64,000 bases of DNA from Phoronis australis (lineage: Eukaryota; Animalia; Phoronida), in assembly GCA_002633005.1 (NCBI GenBank), contig NMRA01000643.1, positions 62,001-126,000 on the forward strand, written 5' to 3'. Below the pieces are notes generated by a model. The model was not told the DNA's origin. It saw only the letters and a list, made by a program, of their open reading frames with translations, and did no database searches. The position numbers were made by a program, and so were the translations under genes. Shown piece by piece: positions 50,501 to 60,300 of this stretch (the stretch's first letter is position 1; each line of letters opens with the position of its first letter).

Positions 50501-51649
50501 TCTGTTGCAATGCTTGTCAAAGTTCAATGAAGCTGAACAACTTCACTGCAGTTCCATCGAGATAGCCAGCACACCGAAGTTGGAATGGTTGGATTTCGTG
50601 TATGGCATGCGACCCCAGCTGATGGCATTAAGAGTAGCTATTCAAATTGATAAAGTTATCATCTCCAGATTCATAGTCCCTGAAGTTTCTAAGATTGCAC
50701 AACGTCCGTTTTGTGTTATGTGATATGCTGCTACATTTTTAAGAAGAGACAGAAACCAATTAGTCATTATTTGAAACCAAATTTTGCCCTGTTCAGCTGG
50801 TTACAAAAAATGACTTAATGGTATGCCTTTTACTGTCTTAAAATGGTTCTCATGGTATTCAAAGTCATTGGTAATGTTATGATTGCCTAACCACAATAAA
50901 ATTGGAATCTTGAGATGCTGGTGGTTTTGATGTTCTTTTCAGTAACAGAAACAGAATTTTAACTGGGTAAGGAATATTATCAGACCAATTTTATGAGAGT
51001 AAAAGGCCTAATTCCATTTTGGTTTTTAGCCAGCTAAACAGGGCAAAATGCAGCAATGCCTTAACTGTTCAGGTCAAGCAGAAACCAATCATTACCTCAC
51101 TAAATACATGTAATTTCATCCGAATGGCGAGTAAAGGACCAGACAAATTTCATCAGATGCAATGGTGTACTTACAATAAATTGAGTGTTTTCGACCATCG
51201 TGCAAACAATACGGGAAAGAAAACACGCTGTATAGACACTATCCTATTTATTAGGAAAGCAAGTGACAGGGTCATAAGCTGTGACTTACACTCGTTTTGA
51301 CATTTATGACATCGTATTACATGGCAGAAGGTGGTAACTGACTGCTAGACCACCTAACCATCATTCTGGGGATCATCACAGCCATTGATGATCAAAAATG
51401 TTCAATTTATTGTAAGTAGTTGATAGTGTCTCATGAAATCTACCTGATAAGTCATTCCCTGTTCGAGCAAAAACAAAATCAAAATAATTTATTTTATTTT
51501 CCAGGTCATTCAGAAACCAGTTGGATTCATCAGATAAGGGAGTAAATTTTAAGGAACTGTTAATTCATTTTGAGGAATTCCAAGTTAAACATAAGGAGAA
51601 TAGAAGAAAACTACGGCAACAGTTAGTGTCGAGGACTCTACGCTATTGA
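29463..51649 (+). CDS. VAC14: VAC14 (HEAT-repeat scaffold of the PIKfyve/FIG4 complex), complete, 17 coding exons, 2211 nt / 736 aa
   Basis: [34 protein letters not shown]...[10 protein letters not shown]...[14 protein letters not shown]...[10 protein letters not shown]...RGAFIIRQLCLLL...[20 protein letters not shown]...[34 protein letters not shown]...[11 protein letters not shown]. Every junction is phase-consistent. Confidence 0.98.
32735..32885 (+). CDS. VAC14: VAC14 exon 2
   Basis: MVREF...[18 protein letters not shown]; tttcag / AAG|GTAAA. Confidence 0.95.
33970..34137 (+). CDS. VAC14: VAC14 exon 3
   Basis: [34 protein letters not shown]...FDGLSK; ttttag / AAG|GTATG. Confidence 0.95.
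35193..35255 (+). CDS. VAC14: VAC14 exon 4
   Basis: [21 protein letters not shown]; gtttag / AAG|GTAAA. Confidence 0.93.
35618..35725 (+). CDS. VAC14: VAC14 exon 5
   Basis: [36 protein letters not shown]; donor TGG|GTACGT. Confidence 0.93.
36960..37069 (+). CDS. VAC14: VAC14 exon 6
   Basis: [36 protein letters not shown]; donor CA|GTAAGT. Confidence 0.93.
38446..38555 (+). CDS. VAC14: VAC14 exon 7
   Basis: [36 protein letters not shown]; ttgcag / G|GTAAT. Confidence 0.92.
38826..39141. repeat. 14-bp minisatellite CCCATGTATAAG(CA/CG/TG), about 22 copies
   Basis: Directly visible tandem array in VAC14 intron 7; it produces the spurious repetitive ORFs at 38784-39143. Confidence 0.95.
39871..40015 (+). 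CDS. VAC14: VAC14 exon 8
   Basis: [47 protein letters not shown]; donor AG|GTGGGT. Confidence 0.9.
40800..41365. repeat. Dispersed repeat, copy B (copy A at ~21310-21865)
   Basis: Same blocks as copy A, in direct orientation. Confidence 0.8.
41898..41934. repeat. (CAT)n microsatellite
   Basis: catcatcatcatcatcatcat...cgtcgtcatcat. Confidence 0.8.
43485..43649 (+). CDS. VAC14: VAC14 exon 9
   Basis: [17 protein letters not shown] followed by an acidic linker; ttctag / AT|GTAAGT. Confidence 0.88.
44512..44638 (+). CDS. VAC14: VAC14 exon 10
   Basis: [13 protein letters not shown]...[20 protein letters not shown]; tttcag / AGA|GTAAGA. Confidence 0.9.
44961..45026 (+). CDS. VAC14: VAC14 exon 11
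   Basis: [22 protein letters not shown]; ttacag / GAG|GTAAG. Confidence 0.93.
45657..45883 (+). CDS. VAC14: VAC14 exon 12
   Basis: [14 protein letters not shown]...[13 protein letters not shown]...[10 protein letters not shown]; catcag / AG|GTAGAG. Confidence 0.93.
46869..47043 (+). CDS. VAC14: VAC14 exon 13
   Basis: [20 protein letters not shown]...[21 protein letters not shown]; tttcag / ACC|GTGAGT. Confidence 0.94.
47435..47553 (+). CDS. VAC14: VAC14 exon 14
   Basis: [39 protein letters not shown]; U12-type donor TT|GTATCCTTT. Confidence 0.93.
47554..49344 (+). other. U12-type (minor spliceosome) GT-AG intron, VAC14 intron 14, 1791 nt
   Basis: 5' splice site GTATCCTTT; branch site TTCCTTGAC at 49325-49333, with the branch A 12 nt from the 3' end; no long polypyrimidine tract. 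Splicing gives the conserved [12 protein letters not shown] in frame. Confidence 0.93.
49345..49424 (+). CDS. VAC14: VAC14 exon 15
   Basis: [26 protein letters not shown]; donor T|GTAAGT. Confidence 0.94.
50295..50445 (+). CDS. VAC14: VAC14 exon 16
   Basis: [42 protein letters not shown]; ttccag / AG|GTAAA. Confidence 0.94.
51505..51649 (+). CDS. VAC14: VAC14 exon 17 (terminal coding exon)
   Basis: [47 protein letters not shown]; acceptor ttccag; stop TGA at 51647-51649. Confidence 0.9.
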
Positions 51650-52555
51650 GATGAGTTAAAACATGTGATAGGCTATTTATTGTTAACAGTGATGGACGGG
51701 TGTAAGTTTTATATGATGAAGCCTGGTGATTAAATGTCATGACGAAAAATAAACAACATGAAATGGTGATAGTAAGGTTTTTTATTTTATTTTGTAGCAT
51801 TCTTTGTGTCAGGATTTTTCAAAGAAAAATTTCTTGGCAGTTGTAAAAATATTGAATTGAGTGAATGTGGGGTCTCAAGTTTCTGATTTTTTCCTTTGTC
51901 AAAATAGGCGAGTCATTTCTGAGCTTCGTAGGAGCAGACAGTTTGTTATGTCTTCAGACCAGGCTCATAAAATTTTCAGTCAGAAACTTATGAATAATAA
52001 ACTGTTCTTCCAGTAGTTTAGGAAAAGGGGAGGGATGAACAAAGCACGTTTTTAAACCAGTAACAGTAAATGTCATAAATCAACTGGAACTTGTTTTGTG
52101 ACAAAGACCACAAGTCATAACGCTATTATGATTGTGAAGCGAACTTAGGGTCTTGAGGGAGTATATGCTGGTTACACTATTATCACTGATACTATTTCTG
52201 TACGGAAGAAAAATGAAATCAAACTCCTTAATTGTTCAGGCTACTGGTATCTTAACACTGTCTGATTAAAGTACAATGAAGAGTAATCCAGTGGAAAGAT
52301 TTAAGGTTTTCTGATGTTTCAGAGTTGCCCCCCTGCCAACTCAGGATGGTCCATCACAACAATATAATGTTATGTGACAATTTGATAAAAGACACATTTT
52401 TACTGCAGATTTTGGTACTGTATCTGATTCATATGAAGCTTTCAGATACCCTATTGTGTTTTGTGTAATTGTTTTTTAAAATGTTCCAATTTTGCATGAG
52501 GGGCTTTTACTGTTTTTATGAAAAAGCTAAAGTTCCATGCACTGAAAACAAATTA

Positions 52556-52561
52556 AATAAA
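52556..52561 (+). terminator. Candidate VAC14 polyadenylation signal
   Basis: AATAAA about 900 nt after the stop, followed by T/GT-rich sequence. Other AATAAA hexamers (e.g. ~51748) exist, so this site is not unique. Confidence 0.35.
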
Positions 52562-52880
52562 TATTTTTAAAAACTGTAACTTGAGTGTTTTTGAGATTTG
52601 ATCTTGACCATTTATATCAAATGAACTTTGGTCTAGATACCTCTGTTTTGCATTGAAGGTACCTTTCTTTTTCGCTAAATTTTACTTAAGAGAGGTGGTC
52701 AGGGGACTCATTTTTTACTAAATGCACTGACCGTGGATAAGCTTCTACATGACCTTGATAACTCTGACCTGGCTTAACACAAGAAAAATGAAGAGGTACC
52801 TTCTGTCAAAGGTGTAGATTTATCAATCTCATCCATATCCTTACTTACATTTCGTAGAAATGATTTCTGGACTAAGTTCA

Positions 52881-53287
52881 GTGCCTGGTTGCATGAAACA
52901 GCCCCATATAGGAATCTACTAAGTTCCCTAAATCTTTTGGTATTTTTAATATTTTTATGTCATTTTATCTTTATTATGAGCTCCTCTTTGACCAATGGTA
53001 TTTTCTGATGATACAACTAAAAACTGAGCCCTTGATTCAGTCAAAATAATTAGTGACTTAGTCCTTAAATTAGGGGCGTTGCATGAAAAGATACCTACTT
53101 ATTTTCAATAATATTGAGAATTCAACGTAGAGTTTACACTCTATTTGTATCAATGTCATAAACTGACTTAGTGATGAGACGCAAACTGCATAAGAAAAGA
53201 CAGTGTTTTCACAAGCCCACAAATACGCAGTAGATTTTTGTATCTTAGTTGTGCGTCTTTTTGGGACTGTTTCATGCAACCGGGCAC
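52881..53287. mobile_element. MITE (PIF/Harbinger-like), copy 2
   Basis: TIRs GTGCCTGGTTGCATGAAACAG and CTGTTTCATGCAACCGGGCAC; shares the internal AAAATAATTAG.GACTTAGTCCT.AAATTAGGGGCGTTGCATGAAA with copy 1. Confidence 0.85.
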
Positions 53288-54053
53288 AAGAACTGACGTG
53301 TTATAATAGTTATTTTCTGGCGTAATGGTAACGTAATGAAAAAACCTTGTCACCAAATGGCGACAGTAGTAGCTGATCAATGAACAGTGCGCCTCTTGAA
53401 GGGTTATTTAATACTGAGAGATTTTATGGCATTTCCCGTAAATTTTCTTCGACCAAATTGGCCTTGTTATGGGGTGGGATTATCAAATGATTAGTGTCTG
53501 AAATTTCCATGAATGTAGGAAATTGTGTGTCACCCCTGTCTTGCCGTACCTACACCAGAATCATCATTTTTTAAAAATCCTTGAAATTGCCTCTTTTCTC
53601 CACTCTTACTCTGTTTTGCCTTATCGTGAAAAAAACTAGCTTATGTTGTAACTGGATTAAAATTTCTTTTCACCAAAAAAATCTATTTCACTATAGCCAA
53701 CAAGTTGTTCTATGTTCCGCATGGGATTGGACATTTTCTTACAGTTAACAAGCAACGAGACCTTCTCGTCCACGAATTCGCTGGCTCTTGGTAGAACTTC
53801 CGAACAACATGTCGAGGAAATCGACATTTCTTGAGTCCTCTAAACCCTTCATACCCTGGTCCAAGTGCTTGAATTCGATTACCAGCAGTTTTGGTATGAT
53901 ATTTTAAATATAATTTCGGCTTCAATTTGTGTATTTTTAATCAAGAAATAAATGCAAAATTAAAATTTTTGTGTGATGTCATCAGTAGATCCAGTCTCCG
54001 TCTTTGTGTTGTTCTACACCACCCGGGAGCCGTAGTGGTCTCGAAAACTGCAA

Positions 54054-54251
54054 AGTTGCATATGGGGAGGATGCAGTAATAGCAATAGGGCAGACAATAT
54101 TACAGTTTTTTGCGTTTCCAAAAGAGCCTAAGATCGCCCAGAAATGAAACATGTCTGTGCGTCGTACAGGGGTGGCAGTACTGACACAGAGGAGCAAACG
54201 ATCAGTTCAGAGGCAACGCTGTGCTCAGCCCATTTCGAAAAATCGTGCTTC
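54054..54251 (+). pseudogene. Decayed THAP zinc-finger coding remnant, probably transposon-derived
   Basis: SCIWGGCSN...(frameshift)FAFPKEPKIAQK*NMSVRRT...ATLCSAHFEKSCF has the C2CH THAP signature, with the conserved W mutated to TGA. Confidence 0.75.
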
Positions 54252-54318
54252 GATCCTTCGAAGAATCGCAGATTTGATGAACGTTTCTCCAACGTGTAAG
54301 TGCATTTGATGGATTGGT

Positions 54319-55456
54319 TAAACGCACGACACTTCATTGTTCACTGTCTTTATTCCGTTACGTTCGTACTTTCGGAACAAAACTCTACTCTTAACTGAAC
54401 ATAGATAAAGTAACTGACCTAGCGACATAATTAAAAGACGCACAATATTTCGAAACATACTTATTTCATTCTCAAGTGAAGATAAAATGACGCAGTAATG
54501 CCACCACAGAGCATAAGCTGATGAGACAGGGCGTATTCGGTCTCGTCCAACTGGCTATTGTTCAATCAAGAGGTAGATCGCGTAAGACAAACACTGGTGA
54601 ATAATGGGTAGACCAATGCTTTTGTAGACTTCCATGTTAAGCGATTTGTGTCCAGAATTAGCTATGAAGTCCCTGCACGTCGGACCGGTGTGACCAAAAA
54701 GGTATTTTACAAAAATGTCATGTCATGTCATGTCTAATAATTACCTCCAGGACGAATACGCCATTAAGAAAATTGTTAGTTATAATGTTAAAGTTTGTAC
54801 TGAGCTTGATGATTACCTCGATGTTATTATTTATTATCGTAATAAGAAGTCCTCCAACTTGGTCATGAAAACAGTGTAGTGTTGTTTATGAGTTTGTATG
54901 CCCTGTGAACGAATGTCTTCATTCAAACGTCAAACAATGTTACATTGGTCAAAGGGCTTGCAGTCTTTCCCGTCGGTTGTCTATGCATCTTCAAAATGGC
55001 GCCATCCAAGATCATTTTCTGCAATGTCACCGACGAACGTAAAATCACCCGTCAATTCACTACGTGGAGCACGTTGTGCTGCGATTGAAAGTATTAGAGT
55101 CCCTTTTAATTGCTTTTGAGAAGCCTGTTTTGAATGAGCAGCAAACAGGTCGCGCCGCACGTTACACTTGTTGCGTGACTTTCCTGTTACCCCCCTGCAT
55201 TAGTCCTTCTTTGCAGTATTTCACACCTGCCGTGTCCCACTGTGTGTGTCATCAGCTTATGCTCTGTGGTGGCATTACTGCGTCATTTTATCTTCACTTG
55301 AGAATGAAACACCTATGTTTCGAAATATCGTGTGTCTTTTAATTATGTCGCAAGGTCAATTACTTTATCTATGTTTAGTTGAGAGTAGAGTTTTGTTTCG
55401 AAAGTACGAACGTAACGGAATAAAGACTGTGAACAATGAAAAATGTCGTGCGTTTA
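54319..55456. repeat. Long inverted repeat: arms 54319-54528 and 55245-55456 (~210 bp, ~90% identical), spacer ~715 bp
   Basis: For example TTCTCAAGTGAAGATAAAATGACGCAGTAATGCCACCACAGAGCATAAGCTGATGA has its reverse complement TCATCAGCTTATGCTCTGTGGTGGCATTACTGCGTCATTTTATCTTCACTTGAGAA. Confidence 0.9.
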
Positions 55457-57071
55457 CCCAATTCTGTATAACCGAAAACTTGCTCCCGAAGTACAGCATT
55501 TGGTGGAGAAAACTTATTATGCTGTACGATTGCTGAGAACGTAGTTGTCCGGCACATATTGAGTTTGAGTCTCAAATTGTGACTCAGATAGTCAATGTGA
55601 TTTCGTTACGTTTCCATCAGTCTCTTGTTCAAGATTTTGTTGGAATGCATACTATCCACATGACACGTCAATACCCACTAGTAGAAAACGGAATGCAGAT
55701 GCCACGCAAATAATTTGAGGTCGCGACCGCAGCCGGCATAGAGGCTGTAGTCGGACACTGGACCGAAACAATCGACGAATCACAACGGTACAGACTAGAC
55801 AGAAACGAGTATCAATTACCAGAAAATAAAATCCAGTTAGCATCACTACAATTAGATATGATCGTTCTGCTAAAAGCACTCGGCATTTGAAGAAATGAAA
55901 TCAGTGTCCGCCACTGGGTTTTCATTGGCAGTCATGGCAAAGACTTTGCTTAGATTTACACTGTCAACTGATCAACGTCTTCCACTGATGACATCACGTG
56001 GCGGGAAACCAAAAAATCATTGTTTTTTAAAATTCAAAATTCCGCAATCATTTCCCAAAATAAGTGTTTTTTGTTAAACTTTGGGTTATAACATTATTGT
56101 ACACGGTATAAAACCTCAAAAAGAGCAAAAATCCATTGTGGGAGCGCTTTAAAAAAAGTTCGGCAAATGGACAATTGGGAAGATGAAGCAGGTTAGGATA
56201 TCAAAACCAGGTATAGAAGCTTGGTATTGCTTTTGATGCGCGATATTACCACTATCTTGTTTTTTTTGTATGAAAATACCCCGTCTGGTTACCTACGGTC
56301 TAAATAACCTGACTGGGTCTGGTAAATGCGAATCTACTCACCTTAATCTGACAAGCAATATGTCTGTTTCTGTTACCAACCAGAACATCGAAATTAGCAG
56401 TCACTGAAGAAAACGTCGCTTCAAAGTTTAGTTGGGTTCCTAATCCAAAAATTGATTATCCGAATATGGCCCCGCGTGATTGCATTGCCCGCGATTTTAT
56501 GAGATTAAAGGCCCAATTTTAACTTTTAAGCAGATAAACATAGCGAAATGCATCTTTAATTGAGAAATTGGAATTGGCAAAATATGAAATGATCATTGCT
56601 TAATTCTTTGATTGTCATGGGGTGAAAAACATTAAACAAAAATAGCCGAAGCAAATAGTCTAAACAATCTAAAGTTGACTTTTGCATTCAACTAACCAAA
56701 TAGTTTGGCAATTTCCTGGTGTTTCTGTTTGGCAAATTCACTTTCCGCTGGAAACGACATAAGTTTTTTAAGTAAATTTTGCTGAGACTATTGGTTAATC
56801 ATCTCGTTTTTCATGTACCCCGCGGGTTGCAACTGAATTCGAAAATGACGTGGTAAAATCGCTATTACATTAGAGTCTGTATTTACATAGAAAAGAATTG
56901 ATCACGATGAGCTCATGCGCTGAGATTGATTTTTATTCTCATTTAATTTCCTTAGTTTAATATTTATTTCTGGCACCAAATCAATCACCAAGCTATGGCC
57001 TCTGTCACGCACTCACGCGCGTTGGTTTCAGTTTGTCTGAACTGCGAGTAAAACGAAACGTCAAGAGCATA

Positions 57072-57387
57072 ATGCTAGTTAGAGCCATTCTTTGTTTTTT
57101 TATTCTTTACAATTTGGCTCCAAATTTTAATTTAGGGGGTGCGCTTACTGTTAAGTATCAAGCCACGAAAAACAAACGGAAGGTCGGAACCCCAACAACT
57201 CAAGTGATACCCTCCTCAAGGATGAACTGCGGTCAAGTGTGCTCCAGGGAAAGCGACTGCGATGGATTCAGCCATTCTGTAACACTGCGAATATGTGAGC
57301 TTCATAACTGCCATTATAACGGAAGTGGTTCTGTGGTAGAAGACGGTGATTGGACATATTTTGAGCCTTACGATGGCAGCTGCCCTG
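57072..57387 (+). CDS. PAN/apple-domain exon with signal peptide
   Basis: Within ORF 57033..57410; donor G|GTAGGT. Confidence 0.8.
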
Positions 57388-60300
57388 GTAGGTTGTTATT
57401 CATTGCTTAGATAATGCCTTACTTGGTGTTTTTTAAGACCATGCTATTCGGTTTTCAGGTTATTGCCTTTTACTCATATATTGGTACCAAACTTGAAGTT
57501 TCCCTCGAAAACGACTTTCAAGACCAACTAAAGCACAACCAGAAACTACTACGTCTGTCTTATGCTCAAACTTTTCGAGAGATACAGTATAACACGTTTC
57601 TTGTAAGAGAATTTGATTTTAAAAATATATCATCAATACAAGTGTTTTAAGTCTATTTTGAGGAGATAGTGGACCCGATTCGAAAGCTGTGAAACGCTGA
57701 GTTAAACACAGTGTCCCCAAAAGGTGCTCTCACTTCAGATGACAATAATTGCGCTGTTTATTGGCTTAGGACCATGAGCTTCCCTTGGAAAGTGTGCTAT
57801 GACTTCTTGTGCTCCAAAAATCGCGCACTCGCGGGGCACGCTACGGCTGACATACTTCCACATCAAGGGGCAATCTTACAATTGGTACCGGGATTGTCCG
57901 TAGATAAGCAATGGGCGTGTGTTCAAAAAGGACAATTTTCAGGCGTTTCAGTAACACCAACTAAACACCCGAGCGTTTATCCGGAAGGGGGCGTGTAAAG
58001 GGAAAGTCATGATCTCGGCTGATAGAAAAACATTAGCGATTGTTTGCATAAAAATGTGCTTTTTAATTTTAAGTTAAGAAATACAGTTGTTCACCAATTC
58101 TTTGTTCGTTTTTATAAATGATAAATGCTCCAGAAAACTGATTTCGTGGCTTAAAGTTGACGCCGAGTGGGCTTTTAAGAGGAAATTTTCTGAATAAACG
58201 CCTCAATATCTGGACACTTGGCAACAGAATTTGTAACACCAAATATTCGGCATAATTCATCGGGTGGGGTTTATTACGGAAAATCCCGTTACGGCCCCGA
58301 GTAGAGCCTGAACCACGGGAACTGAATTTAAACGAGTGATGCACTGAAGTATGAGTATATTTTTGGGACGCCGTCACGAGTTTTGTCGACAAAGTTATAC
58401 AATAGTTTATGAAGTCTAAATATGTCCGTCTGTTCACAGACTTTGTATTGATTCGTGTACACGTTTTTTTTTTTACATTTGAATGTCTCCGTCGATATTT
58501 TTTATCTTTTGAGTATTCCATACCCTGACGGATCTAGTAGATCAAAAGGGTGGAGAGGGCGAGTACAACTTCAGAAACAGGCGTTTGCGATGGCCCTACA
58601 AACCCAAACATGCTGGTGCTGTTTTTTGTCATTTGTGGCATGCACCCAAGTTATGACACGTAGCACGAATTAAATTCATAAAATGGTTTCCCGCAAAATG
58701 GTGTCTTGGGTATATTTTAATCTTAGCGTGGAGAGGGTGACTTTTAATCTTAGCGTGGCGAAACTGCTTCTCACGCATTTTACGTACGATTTCTCTTCTC
58801 CTCGCTCGGGATGTGGTTAAAATACATAACTTCATCTTGTATTAGGATCGGTAATTTCTTAAGGCAAGTAGTTACTTTAGAACGAAAAAACTCTTTCGAG
58901 TCTCCTTTGTGTGAGCACAGTGTCATTTCAGTGAAATTATACTTTCAGTGTATCCACGGACTTGCAAACAATATCTGGCATTTGGATTTTCCGAAGGTGA
59001 TGGGCACTACATCTTTAAGCCAACCGTTGCTTCTGAAACAATACGTTTGTGTGAGTATAGACTAAGCGTTCAATTTGTAAAAGGGTGCATTTGAGACATC
59101 CAGTTGAGAAAGTACAGAAAAATGAATCTAATGCTGGAATTTGAAATATAACTTACTAAAGATAGTGAGGCTGCGTCCGTCTCTCACGGACTTCTGGTTT
59201 ATTCAGGGAAGGATTCTCGATCCCTCTCTGAATAAACGAGGTGGATTAAGGTTCCATCCGTCACACTTATGGGATAGTGTCCCGACCTCCAACGCGCCGG
59301 CTAGTTAAAACGCCACCTATTAGCCAGAATAATAGCAACATTACTCGCCAAGCTGAAGTCCGTGAGAGACGGACACAATGTCCCTAACTCTAATAAGTTT
59401 TATTTCAAATTCCAGTATTAGATTCAAATTTTTTTTCTGCTGATTGTAGCAGTAGGCCTGTGTTTGACTTTTGTACTGTCGAATCTCAGTCAAGTTCATA
59501 AAAAATGGCTGACATCAGTTTTGGTCACTGCAAAGATAAGAATTAAAAAATAACTGAAGTAGCGAAAAATCATTGTAAACCATGATGTTCAGTGTCTTTC
59601 AACGGTGGCGTTTACGGTATTCAGTTGGCGCACCTGGCGCCGGAAATTCAAAAATCCAACTTAAAAATTTTACGTTGAATTCTTTTCTTTGCGACAAATG
59701 GTGTCATTTTGGAAGTGCGTCACTTAGCTTTCATGTTTTGCCAAACTGGCTTGTCTTAAAATATGTTGGTGTTTTTTATTTTCTTAATGTTGATTTATTC
59801 AACAACTGAAATGAAGCGGAAGCAGTATGCGGTGATCCAAAGATCAATGGCAGACGATAATTGAGTGTCACAATGTAATGTTGGCCCTTGCGATTTTACA
59901 GTTTGTGACATGACCAGCAACGGTGGTGGCTGGACCAGGTAGGTCTTCCACAGAGCCGGACACGGCATTAGAAGGAGCCGGGTATTTTTTTATGTAAAAG
60001 GGCTCACGTACACCCAACATGTAGTTATAGCCATAAACTTTTCAAGTTATTTTCTTGGATCTGCATTCAAATATCACAGTTTGTAGTTCAGTCATGCAAG
60101 GTCTTGTTTTTGACTGCCTAAGGACAGCATATCGCGGAATAACTGAACATGGGCGCACGGGGTGTTTGACGAGCGCTCTTCCTGCTGACTTACTCCAAAA
60201 GTTGGCGGAAAGGGAGATAGGTTTCAAAATGCTGCGTACTATATCAATCTATTAACGTAGAAAATAAATCTGAAACTAGATAAGGCGATCCAGATCCTCT

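Noticed and set aside
57711-57998. 95-aa ORF inside intron 1 of the PAN gene
   Set aside because: No recognisable domain and no good splice sites; the flanking exons already join in phase without it
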